DNA of 64,000 bases from contig CAKVGI010000002.1 of assembly GCA_934747265.1 (NCBI GenBank), positions 34,282-98,281 on the forward strand. Reading direction: 5' to 3'. A program made the translations under genes and the position numbers. The first letter of the stretch is position 1. Each line of letters starts with the position of its first letter. The notes beneath the pieces were generated by a model. It did no database searches and had not been told where the DNA came from. It saw only the letters and a list, made by a program, of their open reading frames with translations. Below are positions 31,386 to 41,094 of this stretch, piece by piece. Source of the stretch: an uncultured Rickettsiales bacterium. Its GTDB lineage: Bacteria; Pseudomonadota; Alphaproteobacteria; Rickettsiales; UBA1997.

Positions 31386-32327
31386 CTAATTTCCAAATAA
31401 ATATCCTATATTTAAAGAAAGAATAACTTGTGGATCTTTCTGCTTATCAAATTCTTTTGATAAAAACATTGTTGAATACTTTAAATAATATTTTTTATAT
31501 CTTAAAGTAAATCCGCCAACAATTTGGTACTGAAACCATTTTTTGTCTATATTTGTTCTATATTCTTTTACATTTTTCTTATCTAAAAATGTATTGTAAG
31601 CAACAATCGTTGGGGATAATTCTAGAAAAAAATAATATGTTTTATTTCCATTTGTAATAATATCTTGTGGAGTTAATGTAATTTTGTTTGATAAAAAATC
31701 TTTATCTAAAATTTTTCCATATCTAAATTCTATTGATGGTGTTATACTTGTGATTGGTGTTCCTAAATTTAACTCAATTTTTGATAATATTTTCCAGTCA
31801 TGCTTAAAAGTATCTGTCTTAAATATTTCCATGCTTCTTTTAAAATTAGCTGAAAATAAAATTTCGTTATCTATTTGATATTTCCACCCCCTTGGTGTAG
31901 GGCTACCTATCATATCATGTATTTTAATTTGCACATCTTTCGCTAATGAATTAGGACCAGTTAGCCCAATAGAAATTCCAAAAGTATCAATTTTTGTGTC
32001 ATAATGTATGTTTTTATTTAAGAAAGTATATAAATATCCGGCATATAATCTATCATCTGCAATAAATTCCTTTTGTTCTATTTTTTTGGGAGTAAATATT
32101 TTTTGTCCAACACCAAAAGAATAATTATAATTATACAAAGCATTGTTTGTTTCTTTATCTATTGTTAAAAAATAAAGTTGTAATCCGTTAGAATAATATC
32201 CATCCTTACCATATACGGAATCATTTTCATATGTAAAAAAAGATGATTTAATAAAAGCCTTATCCTTTGCTAATACTGGATTTATTAAAAATAATAAAAT
32301 AATAAAATAAAATTTATAACTTTTCAT
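31386..32327 (-). CDS. outer-membrane protein, LpxR (lipid A 3'-O-deacylase, DUF2219)-like
   Basis: Signal peptide, then FTYENDSVYGKDGYYSNGLQL, which matches the remembered END...D..YT.G start of the LpxR family. The alternating pattern and terminal aromatic residue suggest a beta-barrel. Confidence 0.45.
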   Translation of the reverse strand: MKSYKFYFIILLFLINPVLAKDKAFIKSSFFTYENDSVYGKDGYYSNGLQLYFLTIDKETNNALYNYNYSFGVGQKIFTPKKIEQKEFIADDRLYAGYLYTFLNKNIHYDTKIDTFGISIGLTGPNSLAKDVQIKIHDMIGSPTPRGWKYQIDNEILFSANFKRSMEIFKTDTFKHDWKILSKIELNLGTPITSITPSIEFRYGKILDKDFLSNKITLTPQDIITNGNKTYYFFLELSPTIVAYNTFLDKKNVKEYRTNIDKKWFQYQIVGGFTLRYKKYYLKYSTMFLSKEFDKQKDPQVILSLNIGYLFGN

Positions 32328-32330
32328 AAA

Positions 32331-33131
32331 TTAAAATCTATAACTAAACATTATATTATAACCAAAATCGCCATGACTATTTATTGTAGGATAAGAAAAT
32401 AAAGCAATATCTTTATTTTTCTTATTTCCACTCCTATCTCTTAAAAATATTTTAGATACTTCTGTAATTGGATCCATCAAAAATATTGCAAATTTGCCAA
32501 ACCTTTCAGAGCCGAAAAGAGAATAATTATTTTCTATTATATGCCTTTTACTTAAATAAAATAATTCACCAAACATAGAACCAACAATTGGAGTAATTAT
32601 TAAATCTTGTTTTGACGGTATTTCAGCGAAAGCTTCTATACCATATTCCCAAAAAAATGTAGATAAAAAAGTGGAATATAAAAATGAAGAAAAAATATTT
32701 GCACCAGCAGATCTCGCTGACATATAGTATACAGCTCCCCAATATGGGTGTGTTATATAATTAAGGAAAAAATCATCGTTATCTTTTACTGGACCCTCGG
32801 AAACATTATTCTTCCATTTTTTAAATATATTAGACGTATCATTTTTATCCCAATTTGTAAAACTTTCTGGTAATAAATATAGAATACCAGCGCCAATTAT
32901 ACTAGCTCCACCCATTGTTATCAAACTTGATTTAATAAACTTATATTCTATATTATTATCAAAAGCATTATATGGCCTTTTATAAACACTCTCAATGATA
33001 TCTTTTTGTGTAAAATCTGTTTTATATTCAAATTCCACCTTTTGTTCAATAGCTTTTGCATTAAAATTAAAAAACATACAAGAAACCACCATTGGCAAAA
33101 TAATTGCCTTTTTTGTAATAAAATCAAACAT
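32331..33131 (-). CDS. hypothetical membrane-associated protein (DUF3943-like motif)
   Basis: Signal or anchor N-terminus. HPYWGAVYYMSARSAG...FFWEYGIEAFAEIPSKQDLIITPIVGSMFGE resembles the conserved HP-containing DUF3943 core. Confidence 0.35.
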   Translation of the reverse strand: MFDFITKKAIILPMVVSCMFFNFNAKAIEQKVEFEYKTDFTQKDIIESVYKRPYNAFDNNIEYKFIKSSLITMGGASIIGAGILYLLPESFTNWDKNDTSNIFKKWKNNVSEGPVKDNDDFFLNYITHPYWGAVYYMSARSAGANIFSSFLYSTFLSTFFWEYGIEAFAEIPSKQDLIITPIVGSMFGELFYLSKRHIIENNYSLFGSERFGKFAIFLMDPITEVSKIFLRDRSGNKKNKDIALFSYPTINSHGDFGYNIMFSYRF

Positions 33132-33341
33132 AGTTTATTAATCATTTAAAAATTCATTTTCAAATATAAAATAGGATATATATTTTTCAACTTTTTTTGA
33201 AAATATATCGTTTTTATTTTGCATATTAAATTATTAATATATTAAGATCAAAAAACTTAAATTTATAATATGCAATTATAAAATTGACTTTAAAAAAATT
33301 AATGATACCCTCTATCAGAGATAATAATTTTTTAAATTACT

Positions 33342-34244
33342 ATGAATTTTAAACATATAAAAGTTGGTGGTGGAATTACAAAGGAAGTTATTATGGGTAA
33401 TGATTTACCTTTCACTTTGATAGCCGGACCTTGTCAATTGCAAAATAGAGATTTAGCAATGAAAATCTGCGAATATTTGAAAGAATTAACTGATAAATTA
33501 GGAATACAATATATTTTTAAAGCATCTTTTGATAAAGCAAATAGAAATTCAATACATGGAAAAAGAGGTATTGGAATAGAGGAAGGAATGAAAATTTTTG
33601 ATGAATTAAGAAAAACTTTTGGTGTTCCAGTTTTAACTGATGTACATACAAATGAGCAACCAGAAATCGTTGCTCCGCATGTAGATATGTTGCAACAACC
33701 TGCTTTTTTGGTTAGACAAACAGATTTATCTATTGCAATTGCAAAAACCGGAAAAGCTTGTAACATAAAAAAAGCACAATTTCAAGCTCCTACTGATATG
33801 AAGAATATTATCGAAAAATATGAAGATTCTGGTAATACAAGTATTTGTCTAACAGAAAGAGGAACAAGCTTTGGCTACGGTGACTTAATTGTTGATCCTA
33901 GATCAATAGTAATAATGGCACAAACTGGCTATCCAGTAGTGATGGATGCTACACATTCCGTTCAGAAACCAGCAGCAATGGGTTCATCTTCTGGTGGACA
34001 AGCTGAGATGGCACCATTTATAGCTAGAACAGCTTTATCTACTGGTATGGTAGCTGGCCTATTTATTGAAACACATCCGGAACCTTTAACTGGCGGTTCT
34101 GATATTCATAATATGATACCTTTAATGTATATGGAAGAATTATTAAAACAATGGCAAGAAATTGATAATATTTGCAAAGTAAATAAATCAAGATTTGAAA
34201 ACTGGGATCAAAATGGAAAGCCAATTGAGAAGATAAAATTATAA
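33342..34244 (+). CDS. kdsA: 2-dehydro-3-deoxyphosphooctonate aldolase (Kdo-8-P synthase)
   Basis: NDLPFTLIAGPC, FKASFDKANR, TDVH and DATHSVQ motifs. Confidence 0.9.
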   Translation: MNFKHIKVGGGITKEVIMGNDLPFTLIAGPCQLQNRDLAMKICEYLKELTDKLGIQYIFKASFDKANRNSIHGKRGIGIEEGMKIFDELRKTFGVPVLTDVHTNEQPEIVAPHVDMLQQPAFLVRQTDLSIAIAKTGKACNIKKAQFQAPTDMKNIIEKYEDSGNTSICLTERGTSFGYGDLIVDPRSIVIMAQTGYPVVMDATHSVQKPAAMGSSSGGQAEMAPFIARTALSTGMVAGLFIETHPEPLTGGSDIHNMIPLMYMEELLKQWQEIDNICKVNKSRFENWDQNGKPIEKIKL

Positions 34245-34356
34245 ATCAAAATCAAAAATAAAAATTGGAGAACTATTTTTTAATAGTTCTCATAAATTAT
34301 TAAATAAACTAAAATAAATTATGGACTTATTTTTAAAATAAATCCATAATGATTTT

Positions 34357-35886
34357 TTATTTAATTAAACTCCTTCCTGTCATTTCTTTTGGTTGTGGTA
34401 ATTCCATAACTTGAAGAATTGTTGGAGCTATATCACATAAACTACCGTCGTTCAATTTTATGTTTTTAACATCATTTCCAACCATTATAAATGGAACAAG
34501 GTTTGTTGTGTGTGCTGTAAATGGTTGACCTGTTGTTTCGTCAAACATCTTTTCAGCATTTCCGTGATCAGCTGTAATAAACATTATACCATCTTTTTGT
34601 TTTACTAATGTGGCGATTTCACCAACAGCTTTGTCAACTGCTTCACAAGCTTTAACTGCTGCGTCCATAATTCCGGTATGTCCTACCATATCTGGGTTGG
34701 CAAAATTAATCACGATTAAATCAAATTTATTTGAATTGATTGCATCTAAAACGCCTTGTTTTACACCTTCGGCAGACATTTCTGGTTGTAAATCATATGT
34801 AGCAACTTTTGGAGAATTGATTAAAACCCTTTCTTCGCCTTTGAATACTGTTTCTTTACCACCATTAAAGAAGAATGTAACATGAGCATATTTTTCTGTT
34901 TCAGCAATTCTTAATTGAGTTAAACCAGCATTTGAAACTACTTCGCCAAGTGAATTTACAATTTCATCTGGTGTGTAAACCGTTTCTAAATATTTTGCAT
35001 GGTCTTCGGAATATTCTGTTAATTCACCCATAATTGTAAAGTTAATAACTTTTTTTCTAACAAAACCATCAAAATCTTTGTTTCCTAATGCCATAGTTAA
35101 TTCTCTAGCTCTATCAGCTCTAAAATTACAGAATAGGAAACCATCGCCATCTTGCATACCTTTATAATCACCAATGGTTGCTGGTACTATAAATTCATCA
35201 GTTATATCTTTTGAATAAGAAGCTTCGACTGCATCTTTTGGAGTTGCAAAATTGCTTTCTGCATCAGCTAAAACTATTGCATTATAAGCTTTCTCAACTC
35301 TGTCCCATCTTTTATCTCTATCCATGCCGTAATATCTACCGCCAATTGTAGCAATCTTAACATTTTTGTAATCTTTTAATTCGGCATTTAATTCATCTAT
35401 AAAAGTTAAAGCAGATTTTTGGGCTACATCTCTACCATCGGCAATAAAATGTAAAACAACATTTATATTTTCATTGGCGAATGTTTTTGCAATATTAATT
35501 ATGTGATTAATGTGTGAATGAACACCACCATTTGACATTAAGCCGATTAAGTGTATAGATTTGCCGTTTGATTTCATTTTAGTAATAAAATCTTTAATTA
35601 CAGGTCTATCTTTTAATGTATTATTTGCAACATCCTTGTTAATCATAGGCAAAGTTTGTAAAACAACTCTTCCTGCACCAATGTTTGTATGTCCTACTTC
35701 TGAATTACCCATTTGTCCTTCTGGCAAGCCAACAAATTCGCCACTAGCGTTTAATTTCGAGTTTGGATATTCTTTTAAAAAATTGTTATAATTTGGAACA
35801 TTAGCTTTTGCTATTGCCGAATATTTGTTATCCGTAGGTATGCCCCAACCATCCATAATACATAATACAATAGGTTTTTTTCTCAT
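34357..35886 (-). CDS. gpmI: 2,3-bisphosphoglycerate-independent phosphoglycerate mutase
   Basis: Start MRKKPIVLCIMDGWG, then NSEVGHTNIGAGR and ITADHGNAE motifs. The start is set at the internal ATG 35886. Confidence 0.9.
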   Translation of the reverse strand: MRKKPIVLCIMDGWGIPTDNKYSAIAKANVPNYNNFLKEYPNSKLNASGEFVGLPEGQMGNSEVGHTNIGAGRVVLQTLPMINKDVANNTLKDRPVIKDFITKMKSNGKSIHLIGLMSNGGVHSHINHIINIAKTFANENINVVLHFIADGRDVAQKSALTFIDELNAELKDYKNVKIATIGGRYYGMDRDKRWDRVEKAYNAIVLADAESNFATPKDAVEASYSKDITDEFIVPATIGDYKGMQDGDGFLFCNFRADRARELTMALGNKDFDGFVRKKVINFTIMGELTEYSEDHAKYLETVYTPDEIVNSLGEVVSNAGLTQLRIAETEKYAHVTFFFNGGKETVFKGEERVLINSPKVATYDLQPEMSAEGVKQGVLDAINSNKFDLIVINFANPDMVGHTGIMDAAVKACEAVDKAVGEIATLVKQKDGIMFITADHGNAEKMFDETTGQPFTAHTTNLVPFIMVGNDVKNIKLNDGSLCDIAPTILQVMELPQPKEMTGRSLIK

Positions 35887-36057
35887 ATTTTTCTTTTTAT
35901 TACTCTTGATTATATACATATATAAAAAATATTAAATATCAAGATTTATTTATTTATTAAATTCCAGTAATTCAATATACCTGAAATATTAAATTAAAAT
36001 CATTGTATAATAAAAATTGTATTGTATATATAACAATATAAAATAACTAACATAGTT

Positions 36058-36564
36058 ATGAAAAAGATTTTTGTTTTTGTATTGTTTTTTGTACTTTTTG
36101 CTTGTTCAAGTAATAAAATAGATCAAGAGTTAGTAATTAAAGATTTTGATTTAAGTAAATATCTTGGTACTTGGTATGAAATAGCTAGAATTGATAATTG
36201 GTTTGAAAAAGATTTAATAAATGTTAAAGCTGAATATAAAATATTAACAAAGCGGAAAATAGAAGTTATAAATAGTGGTTATAATATAAAAACGCAAGAA
36301 GAAGAAAGTATAAAGGGCGTTGTTTATCAACCTAAAAAGAATTTTGGACAACTAAAAGTTTCATTTTTTAGACCATTTTATTCTAATTATAATATTATTT
36401 TGTTAGACGAAAGCTATCAATATGTTGTAGTTGTTGGCAATAACTATGATTATTTGTGGATTTTAAGCAGAACTCCAAAAATCTCAAATACTTTATATAA
36501 AAATTTATTAGCAAAAATCGCAAGAATGGGATTTGATATTAACAAAATAAAGAAATACAAATAA
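36058..36564 (+). CDS. blc: bacterial lipocalin Blc (outer-membrane lipoprotein)
   Basis: Lipobox LFAC followed by the lipocalin signature YLGTWYEIARIDN. Confidence 0.8.
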   Translation: MKKIFVFVLFFVLFACSSNKIDQELVIKDFDLSKYLGTWYEIARIDNWFEKDLINVKAEYKILTKRKIEVINSGYNIKTQEEESIKGVVYQPKKNFGQLKVSFFRPFYSNYNIILLDESYQYVVVVGNNYDYLWILSRTPKISNTLYKNLLAKIARMGFDINKIKKYK

Positions 36565-36582
36565 TAACACAAATTATTTAGA

Positions 36583-39264
36583 TTATTTATTTCTAAATAA
36601 TCTAAATAAACCTTTTCCAATTTCACTAATAATTATAATTAAGAAACTATAACTAAATATTTTTATCCACATAAAGAATGGAAGTGCAACAGTTCTAAAA
36701 ACCGATTCAAAAAATTCAACCATTATAATTTGTATAGCAATAGTTATTCCAAAAACAACTATCATAGATTTGTTTGATAATATGTTTTTAAAAATACTTT
36801 GATTATCTATTTCTCTGCAATTAAATGCATTAAATAACTGCAAAATTACAAATAAATTGAATAATATAGTTCTTTCTTGTTCTGGTGTTCCATTGAGTAC
36901 ATTAAAGAACATCTGTGTGAAAAATAATCCAGACACTATCAATCCCATAGATACAATTTTAAACCATAATCCTTTTGTAATTATACTTGTCTTTCTGTCT
37001 ACTGGACTATTCTTCATTAAGTTATCTCTAACTGGTTCTAAACCTAATGTTAATGCTGGCGGACCATCCATAATTATATTAATCCATAATAATTGTAAAG
37101 CGCCAAATGGAGCTGGAAAACCACATAAAACTGATACAAATACAATCAAAACTGCCGAAACATTTACCGTTAATTGAAACGAAATAAATCGTTGGAAATT
37201 TTGATAAATATTTCTACCCCATTTAATTGCTTTTGCTATTGTTGCAAATGAATCATCAAGCAAAACTATATCTGCCGCTTCTCTTGATACTTCCGTTCCA
37301 GCAACACCCATAGCAATACCAACATCAGCATTTTTGATAGCTGGTGCGTCATTTACACCATCGCCAGTTACAGCAATTGTATTTCCTCTTTCTCTTAACA
37401 TTTTTACAATTCTTAATTTTGTAATTGGAGTACTTCTAGCAATAACAGCGATTCTATCAATACAACTAGCTAGTTGTTCATCATCCATAGCTTCAATGTC
37501 TTGCGCGGTTAAAACTAATGATTCAGAAGTTAAAACGCCTAATTCGTTTGCAATAGCTCTTGCTGTTACCGCATGATCACCAGTTAATATTTTTAAAGAA
37601 ATACCTGCAAGTCTACAATTTTTAACAGCACTTAAAACTTCTGGTCTCAATGGGTCATAAATAATAACAAAGCCATCAAAAACCATATTGCTTTCCATCT
37701 CATTATGATTTTTTTCTTCCTCTAAATCTTCAATATCATCTTTTAAAATCTTATGCGCAAAAGCTATAACTCTCATAGCATCCTCTTGCGATTTAAATAT
37801 TTCAGATTCAACTTCATATTTTTTTGTTGAATCCATTTTACACATAGAGATTATTTTTTCTGGACTACCTTTTACATAAGCAACGGTTTCTTTTTTATTT
37901 TTAACAACAGTTGTCATATGTTTTTCTTCTGATGAAAAAGGAAAAACCTTTATAAATTCTACTTCTTTTTTCTTATCTTTATATGATTTTTTACTATTTC
38001 TAATTGGGCAAGAACACTGATAAAATGCTAACATAGCTGATTCTGTTGGATTACCAAGAAATTTTACATCACCACCATCCGTATCTATATCAGCAGATGA
38101 ATTAACGCAAATATTAGTTGTTAAATATGGGGATATGTCTTCTTGCATTTCTTCATGCCAACCATCATTGTCATAATATCCCATAACTTTCATTTTATTT
38201 TGTGTTAAAGTACCAGTTTTATCAGAGCAAATTATATTTACTGCACCTATTGTTTCACACGCTACCATTTTTTTAACTAATGCATTTTCTTTTGCCATTT
38301 TTATAACATTTAAAGCAAGAGAAATAGCAACTGTTGTTGGCAATCCTTCTGGTACAGCTGCAACAATTAAAGCAATACTTGTAATAAACATTTCACCTAT
38401 TGACTCACTATCACCAATTCCGTGAAATTTTTGAATTATTTGAATTATAAAAATCAAAATAGCAATAATTATTGCAAATGAACTTATATGTTTACCTAAT
38501 TTATCAAGTTTTTCTTGTAAAGGTGTTGTCTGATTTACTGGACTCTTTAATTCATGAGCGATTTTACCTAATTCTGTATTATCACCAACCGCAACAACTA
38601 TTGCCTCACAAAAACCAGTTGTAATATAACAACCAGAATATAGCATATTAATTCTTTCAGCAAGAGGAGTATCTTTATTTTCAATTATAATGTTTCCACT
38701 TTTATTGATTGGCAAACTTTCACCAGTCAAAGAAGCTTCATCTGATGTTAATTGATTTGAAGAAATAATATAGCAATCAGCCGGAATTTTATCACCAGTC
38801 TCCAAAGTAATAATATCCCCAACCACTAATTCATTTTGTGGAATAATTTTTGTAATACCATTTCTTTTTACTTTAATTGCTACATTATTTTGAATCTTTT
38901 GCAAAGCTTGAAAAGCCTTTTCAGAATGTCCTTCCATAATTATAGTAATAGATGCACTCAAAAATATTGCAATAAGAATACCGATACACTCAACAAAATC
39001 AGTCTCCATTCCACTATAAAATCTATAAATATTAATACCTATTGTGATTAATGCTGCAAAAATCAAAATAATAGTCATAGGTTCAGCAAGAGCTTCTAAA
39101 ACTTTATTGAAAAAGCTTTTTCCTTGTGCGACAGTTAAATTATTTGTTCCATACTCTTCTTTATTTTTTTCAAGATTAAAATCAGAAAGCCCATTTTGTA
39201 AATCTGTATTCAATACGTCAGAAATATCTTCCGCTTTCATCATAAAAAAATCTAAACTTTTCAT
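36583..39264 (-). CDS. P-type ATPase, type II (Ca2+/Mn2+-transporting, PMR1/YoaB-like)
   Basis: Phosphorylation site CSDKTGTLTQNKM, TGES, PEGLP, and hinge VTGDGVNDAPAIKNADVGIAMG, with about 10 TM helices. The start is set at ATG 39264 (MKSLDFF), which has an AAGGGA SD. Confidence 0.85.
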   Translation of the reverse strand: MKSLDFFMMKAEDISDVLNTDLQNGLSDFNLEKNKEEYGTNNLTVAQGKSFFNKVLEALAEPMTIILIFAALITIGINIYRFYSGMETDFVECIGILIAIFLSASITIIMEGHSEKAFQALQKIQNNVAIKVKRNGITKIIPQNELVVGDIITLETGDKIPADCYIISSNQLTSDEASLTGESLPINKSGNIIIENKDTPLAERINMLYSGCYITTGFCEAIVVAVGDNTELGKIAHELKSPVNQTTPLQEKLDKLGKHISSFAIIIAILIFIIQIIQKFHGIGDSESIGEMFITSIALIVAAVPEGLPTTVAISLALNVIKMAKENALVKKMVACETIGAVNIICSDKTGTLTQNKMKVMGYYDNDGWHEEMQEDISPYLTTNICVNSSADIDTDGGDVKFLGNPTESAMLAFYQCSCPIRNSKKSYKDKKKEVEFIKVFPFSSEEKHMTTVVKNKKETVAYVKGSPEKIISMCKMDSTKKYEVESEIFKSQEDAMRVIAFAHKILKDDIEDLEEEKNHNEMESNMVFDGFVIIYDPLRPEVLSAVKNCRLAGISLKILTGDHAVTARAIANELGVLTSESLVLTAQDIEAMDDEQLASCIDRIAVIARSTPITKLRIVKMLRERGNTIAVTGDGVNDAPAIKNADVGIAMGVAGTEVSREAADIVLLDDSFATIAKAIKWGRNIYQNFQRFISFQLTVNVSAVLIVFVSVLCGFPAPFGALQLLWINIIMDGPPALTLGLEPVRDNLMKNSPVDRKTSIITKGLWFKIVSMGLIVSGLFFTQMFFNVLNGTPEQERTILFNLFVILQLFNAFNCREIDNQSIFKNILSNKSMIVVFGITIAIQIIMVEFFESVFRTVALPFFMWIKIFSYSFLIIIISEIGKGLFRLFRNK

Positions 39265-39310
39265 TTTATCCCTTAAAGTTAACAACAATAACCATACCAT
39301 AAAAACTATG

Positions 39311-39410
39311 GTTTTAAGATTCTCGTTGCCAGTTATTACTAGTCGTATAGCCAGATATAGAATTATACCGAGTTGTTGACTTAATACGTTAAACTACTCC
39401 ATCCTAAAAC
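39311..39410 (-). promoter_or_regulatory. candidate yybP-ykoY (Mn2+) riboswitch in the 5' leader of the P-type ATPase
   Basis: The minus-strand RNA is UUUUAGGA-UGGAGUAG-...GUCAACA...GGCUAUACG...GGCAACGAGAA-UCUUAAAA. An 8-bp P1 closes it (UUUUAGGA/UCUUAAAA). It has an L1-like GGAGUAG, a 3' GCAAcGAgA resembling the conserved AGCAAGACC, and internal helices CGUAU/AUACG and CUAGU/ACUGG. It is noticeably more GC-rich than its surroundings. Confidence 0.5.
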
Positions 39411-39472
39411 AATGATAAAAAATAATGATAATAAAGTCAAGAAAAATAGAATGTTTTCAAAAATTAATTAAA

Positions 39473-40156
39473 TTAAAAATCAACTATTTTTTTATCTTTA
39501 ATTGTTATTGCTCTATCTAATTTTTTAGCTAATTCTATGTTATGTGTTACCATTAATAGACTAGAATTGTAATTATGTACAATATTTAATAAAAGATTAA
39601 ATACAATTTCCGAGTTTTCTGGATCTAAATTTCCAGTAGGTTCATCAGCTAAAATAATTGAAGGATTATTAATAATAGCTCTTGCAATAGCGACTCTCTG
39701 TCTCTCACCACCGGATAATTGGTGGGGTCTATTATTTATTTTTGAGGCTAACCCCAAATCATCTAATATGTCCTTAGCTCTTTGTGTAATGATCTTTTTA
39801 TCATTATTATTTTTAACTAATGCTGGAAGCATTACATTTTCAATTATTGAAAACTCTGGTAATAAATGATGAAATTGAAAAATAAATCCGATATTATTTT
39901 TTCTTATATTTGTTTTTTCAAAATCGGTCATATCGCCGATTTTTTGATTATTTATAAAAACATCTCCGCTTGTTGGTGTATCAAGTAAACCACAGATCTG
40001 CAACAATGTTGTTTTACCACACCCCGACGGGCCAACAAACGATACAGTTTCGCTTGGTTTTACAAACAAAGAAGAATCCCTTATAATTTCAAGAAATCCT
40101 TCATTTTGTTTATAAGATTTACTTATATTTTCTAATCTTAATACTGTATTGTTCAT
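39473..40156 (-). CDS. lolD: ABC transporter ATP-binding protein, LolD-like (lipoprotein release)
   Basis: Walker A GPSGCGKTT, signature LSGGERQR, Walker B ILADEPTGNLD. The start could be ATG 40156 (MNNTVLRL) or 40177. The shorter form avoids overlapping the ferredoxin gene. Confidence 0.6.
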   Translation of the reverse strand: MNNTVLRLENISKSYKQNEGFLEIIRDSSLFVKPSETVSFVGPSGCGKTTLLQICGLLDTPTSGDVFINNQKIGDMTDFEKTNIRKNNIGFIFQFHHLLPEFSIIENVMLPALVKNNNDKKIITQRAKDILDDLGLASKINNRPHQLSGGERQRVAIARAIINNPSIILADEPTGNLDPENSEIVFNLLLNIVHNYNSSLLMVTHNIELAKKLDRAITIKDKKIVDF

Positions 40157-40161
40157 ATCAA

Positions 40162-40401
40162 TTAAGCTTCTGGCCATTCAGCAGATTTTTCTTCATTGAA
40201 TTTTACATCTTCTTCTGATGCTTCATCGTCAGCTAAAATAGCGCCTTCTGGCGATACTGTTTGGCAAACACCGCAATCAATACATACATTAGGATCAATA
40301 ACCAATTCACCTGCTGGTCCTTTTCTAAAAGCTTGAACTGGACATACTGCTGGTGCCTCAGCAACATCATTATAATTTTTTGTTACAACTACTCTTGGCA
40401 T
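40162..40401 (-). CDS. small ferredoxin retaining one Fe-S cluster motif set
   Basis: Start MPRVVVT. It has one CIDCGVC motif plus one upstream VCP. The positions of the second CxxCxxC and the second CP read KNYNDVA and SP. Confidence 0.7.
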   Translation of the reverse strand: MPRVVVTKNYNDVAEAPAVCPVQAFRKGPAGELVIDPNVCIDCGVCQTVSPEGAILADDEASEEDVKFNEEKSAEWPEA

Positions 40402-40663
40402 AACATTTCCTCTATTATTTAATAAATACGAAACCATTCTAAAATTATTTTTTTAAATTACAATATATATTTCATTCTCAATATTGAAATACTGCGATAG
40501 TTAAATAAATTATTTTAATAAAAACATCCAAATGCAATATAATAGAGAAACTAATATAATTATGTCATATCTAATTTATTTTTATAAAAAATGAATGGTG
40601 TTGGATAAAGTATACAATACTGGTTGTTCAATTATGTAATTTTATATTAATAAATCATTATTT

Positions 40664-40693
40664 AATCTGCATTATTTTTAATGCAGATTTTTT
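40664..40693 (+). terminator. orphan rho-independent terminator upstream of groES
   Basis: AATCTGCATTA-TTTT-TAATGCAGATT is a perfect 11-bp stem followed by TTTT. No ORF of 60 aa or more lies upstream on the + strand. Confidence 0.5.
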
Positions 40694-40763
40694 ATACTTG
40701 TTTTTTTCTAAAAAAATACTATATTATTTTGTGTAAGTTAATTATTAATAATGAGTGAAAAAT

Positions 40764-41051
40764 ATGAAAATAAAACCATTATATGATAAAGTTTTAATCA
40801 AGAGAGAAGAAGCCCTTGAAAAGACTGCGGGTGGTATTATTATACCTGATACTTCAAAAGAAAAACCTTCTAAAGGTACAGTCATTTCTGTTGGTGAAGG
40901 CGCAAGAAATGAAAAAGGCGATTTAATTCCAATGACTCTTAAAGAAGGAGATAAAGTATTATTTTCAAAATGGGGTGGTACTGAATTGCCTGGCGATGAT
41001 AGTTTGGTGATTTTAAAAGAAAGCGATATATTGGGAATTATTACGGAATAG
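40764..41051 (+). CDS. groES: co-chaperonin GroES
   Basis: [14 protein letters not shown]...AGGIIIPD...GTVISVGEG is canonical GroES. The ATG at 40764 is preferred over the GTG at 40755. Confidence 0.95.
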   Translation: MKIKPLYDKVLIKREEALEKTAGGIIIPDTSKEKPSKGTVISVGEGARNEKGDLIPMTLKEGDKVLFSKWGGTELPGDDSLVILKESDILGIITE

Positions 41052-41056
41052 TAATT

Positions 41057-41090
41057 CAAATTGAAAATTGAAAATTGAAAATTGAAAATT
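41057..41090 (+). repeat. tandem heptamer block (ATTGAAA)x4 plus partial units; left arm of the inverted repeat
   Basis: Read directly: CAAATTGAAAATTGAAAATTGAAAATTGAAAATT. Confidence 0.95.
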
Positions 41091-41094
41091 ATTT

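Noticed and set aside
39044-39379. A 111-aa + strand ORF spanning the ATPase start and leader.
   Set aside because: It is antisense to the P-type ATPase N-terminus and to the structured leader, and it has no family resemblance.
40438-40763. A CIRCE (HrcA) operator or clear sigma32 promoter upstream of groES.
   Set aside because: No TTAGCACTC-N9-GAGTGCTAA-like inverted repeat is present. There is only a weak CTTG-N18-CTATAT at 40697-40724, too poor to annotate as a feature.
41057-41090. The heptamer run as a trivial slippage microsatellite.
   Set aside because: An equally long, 33/34 complementary run occurs 464 nt away, and the two exactly bracket one ORF. Independent slippage would not produce a matched inverted pair.
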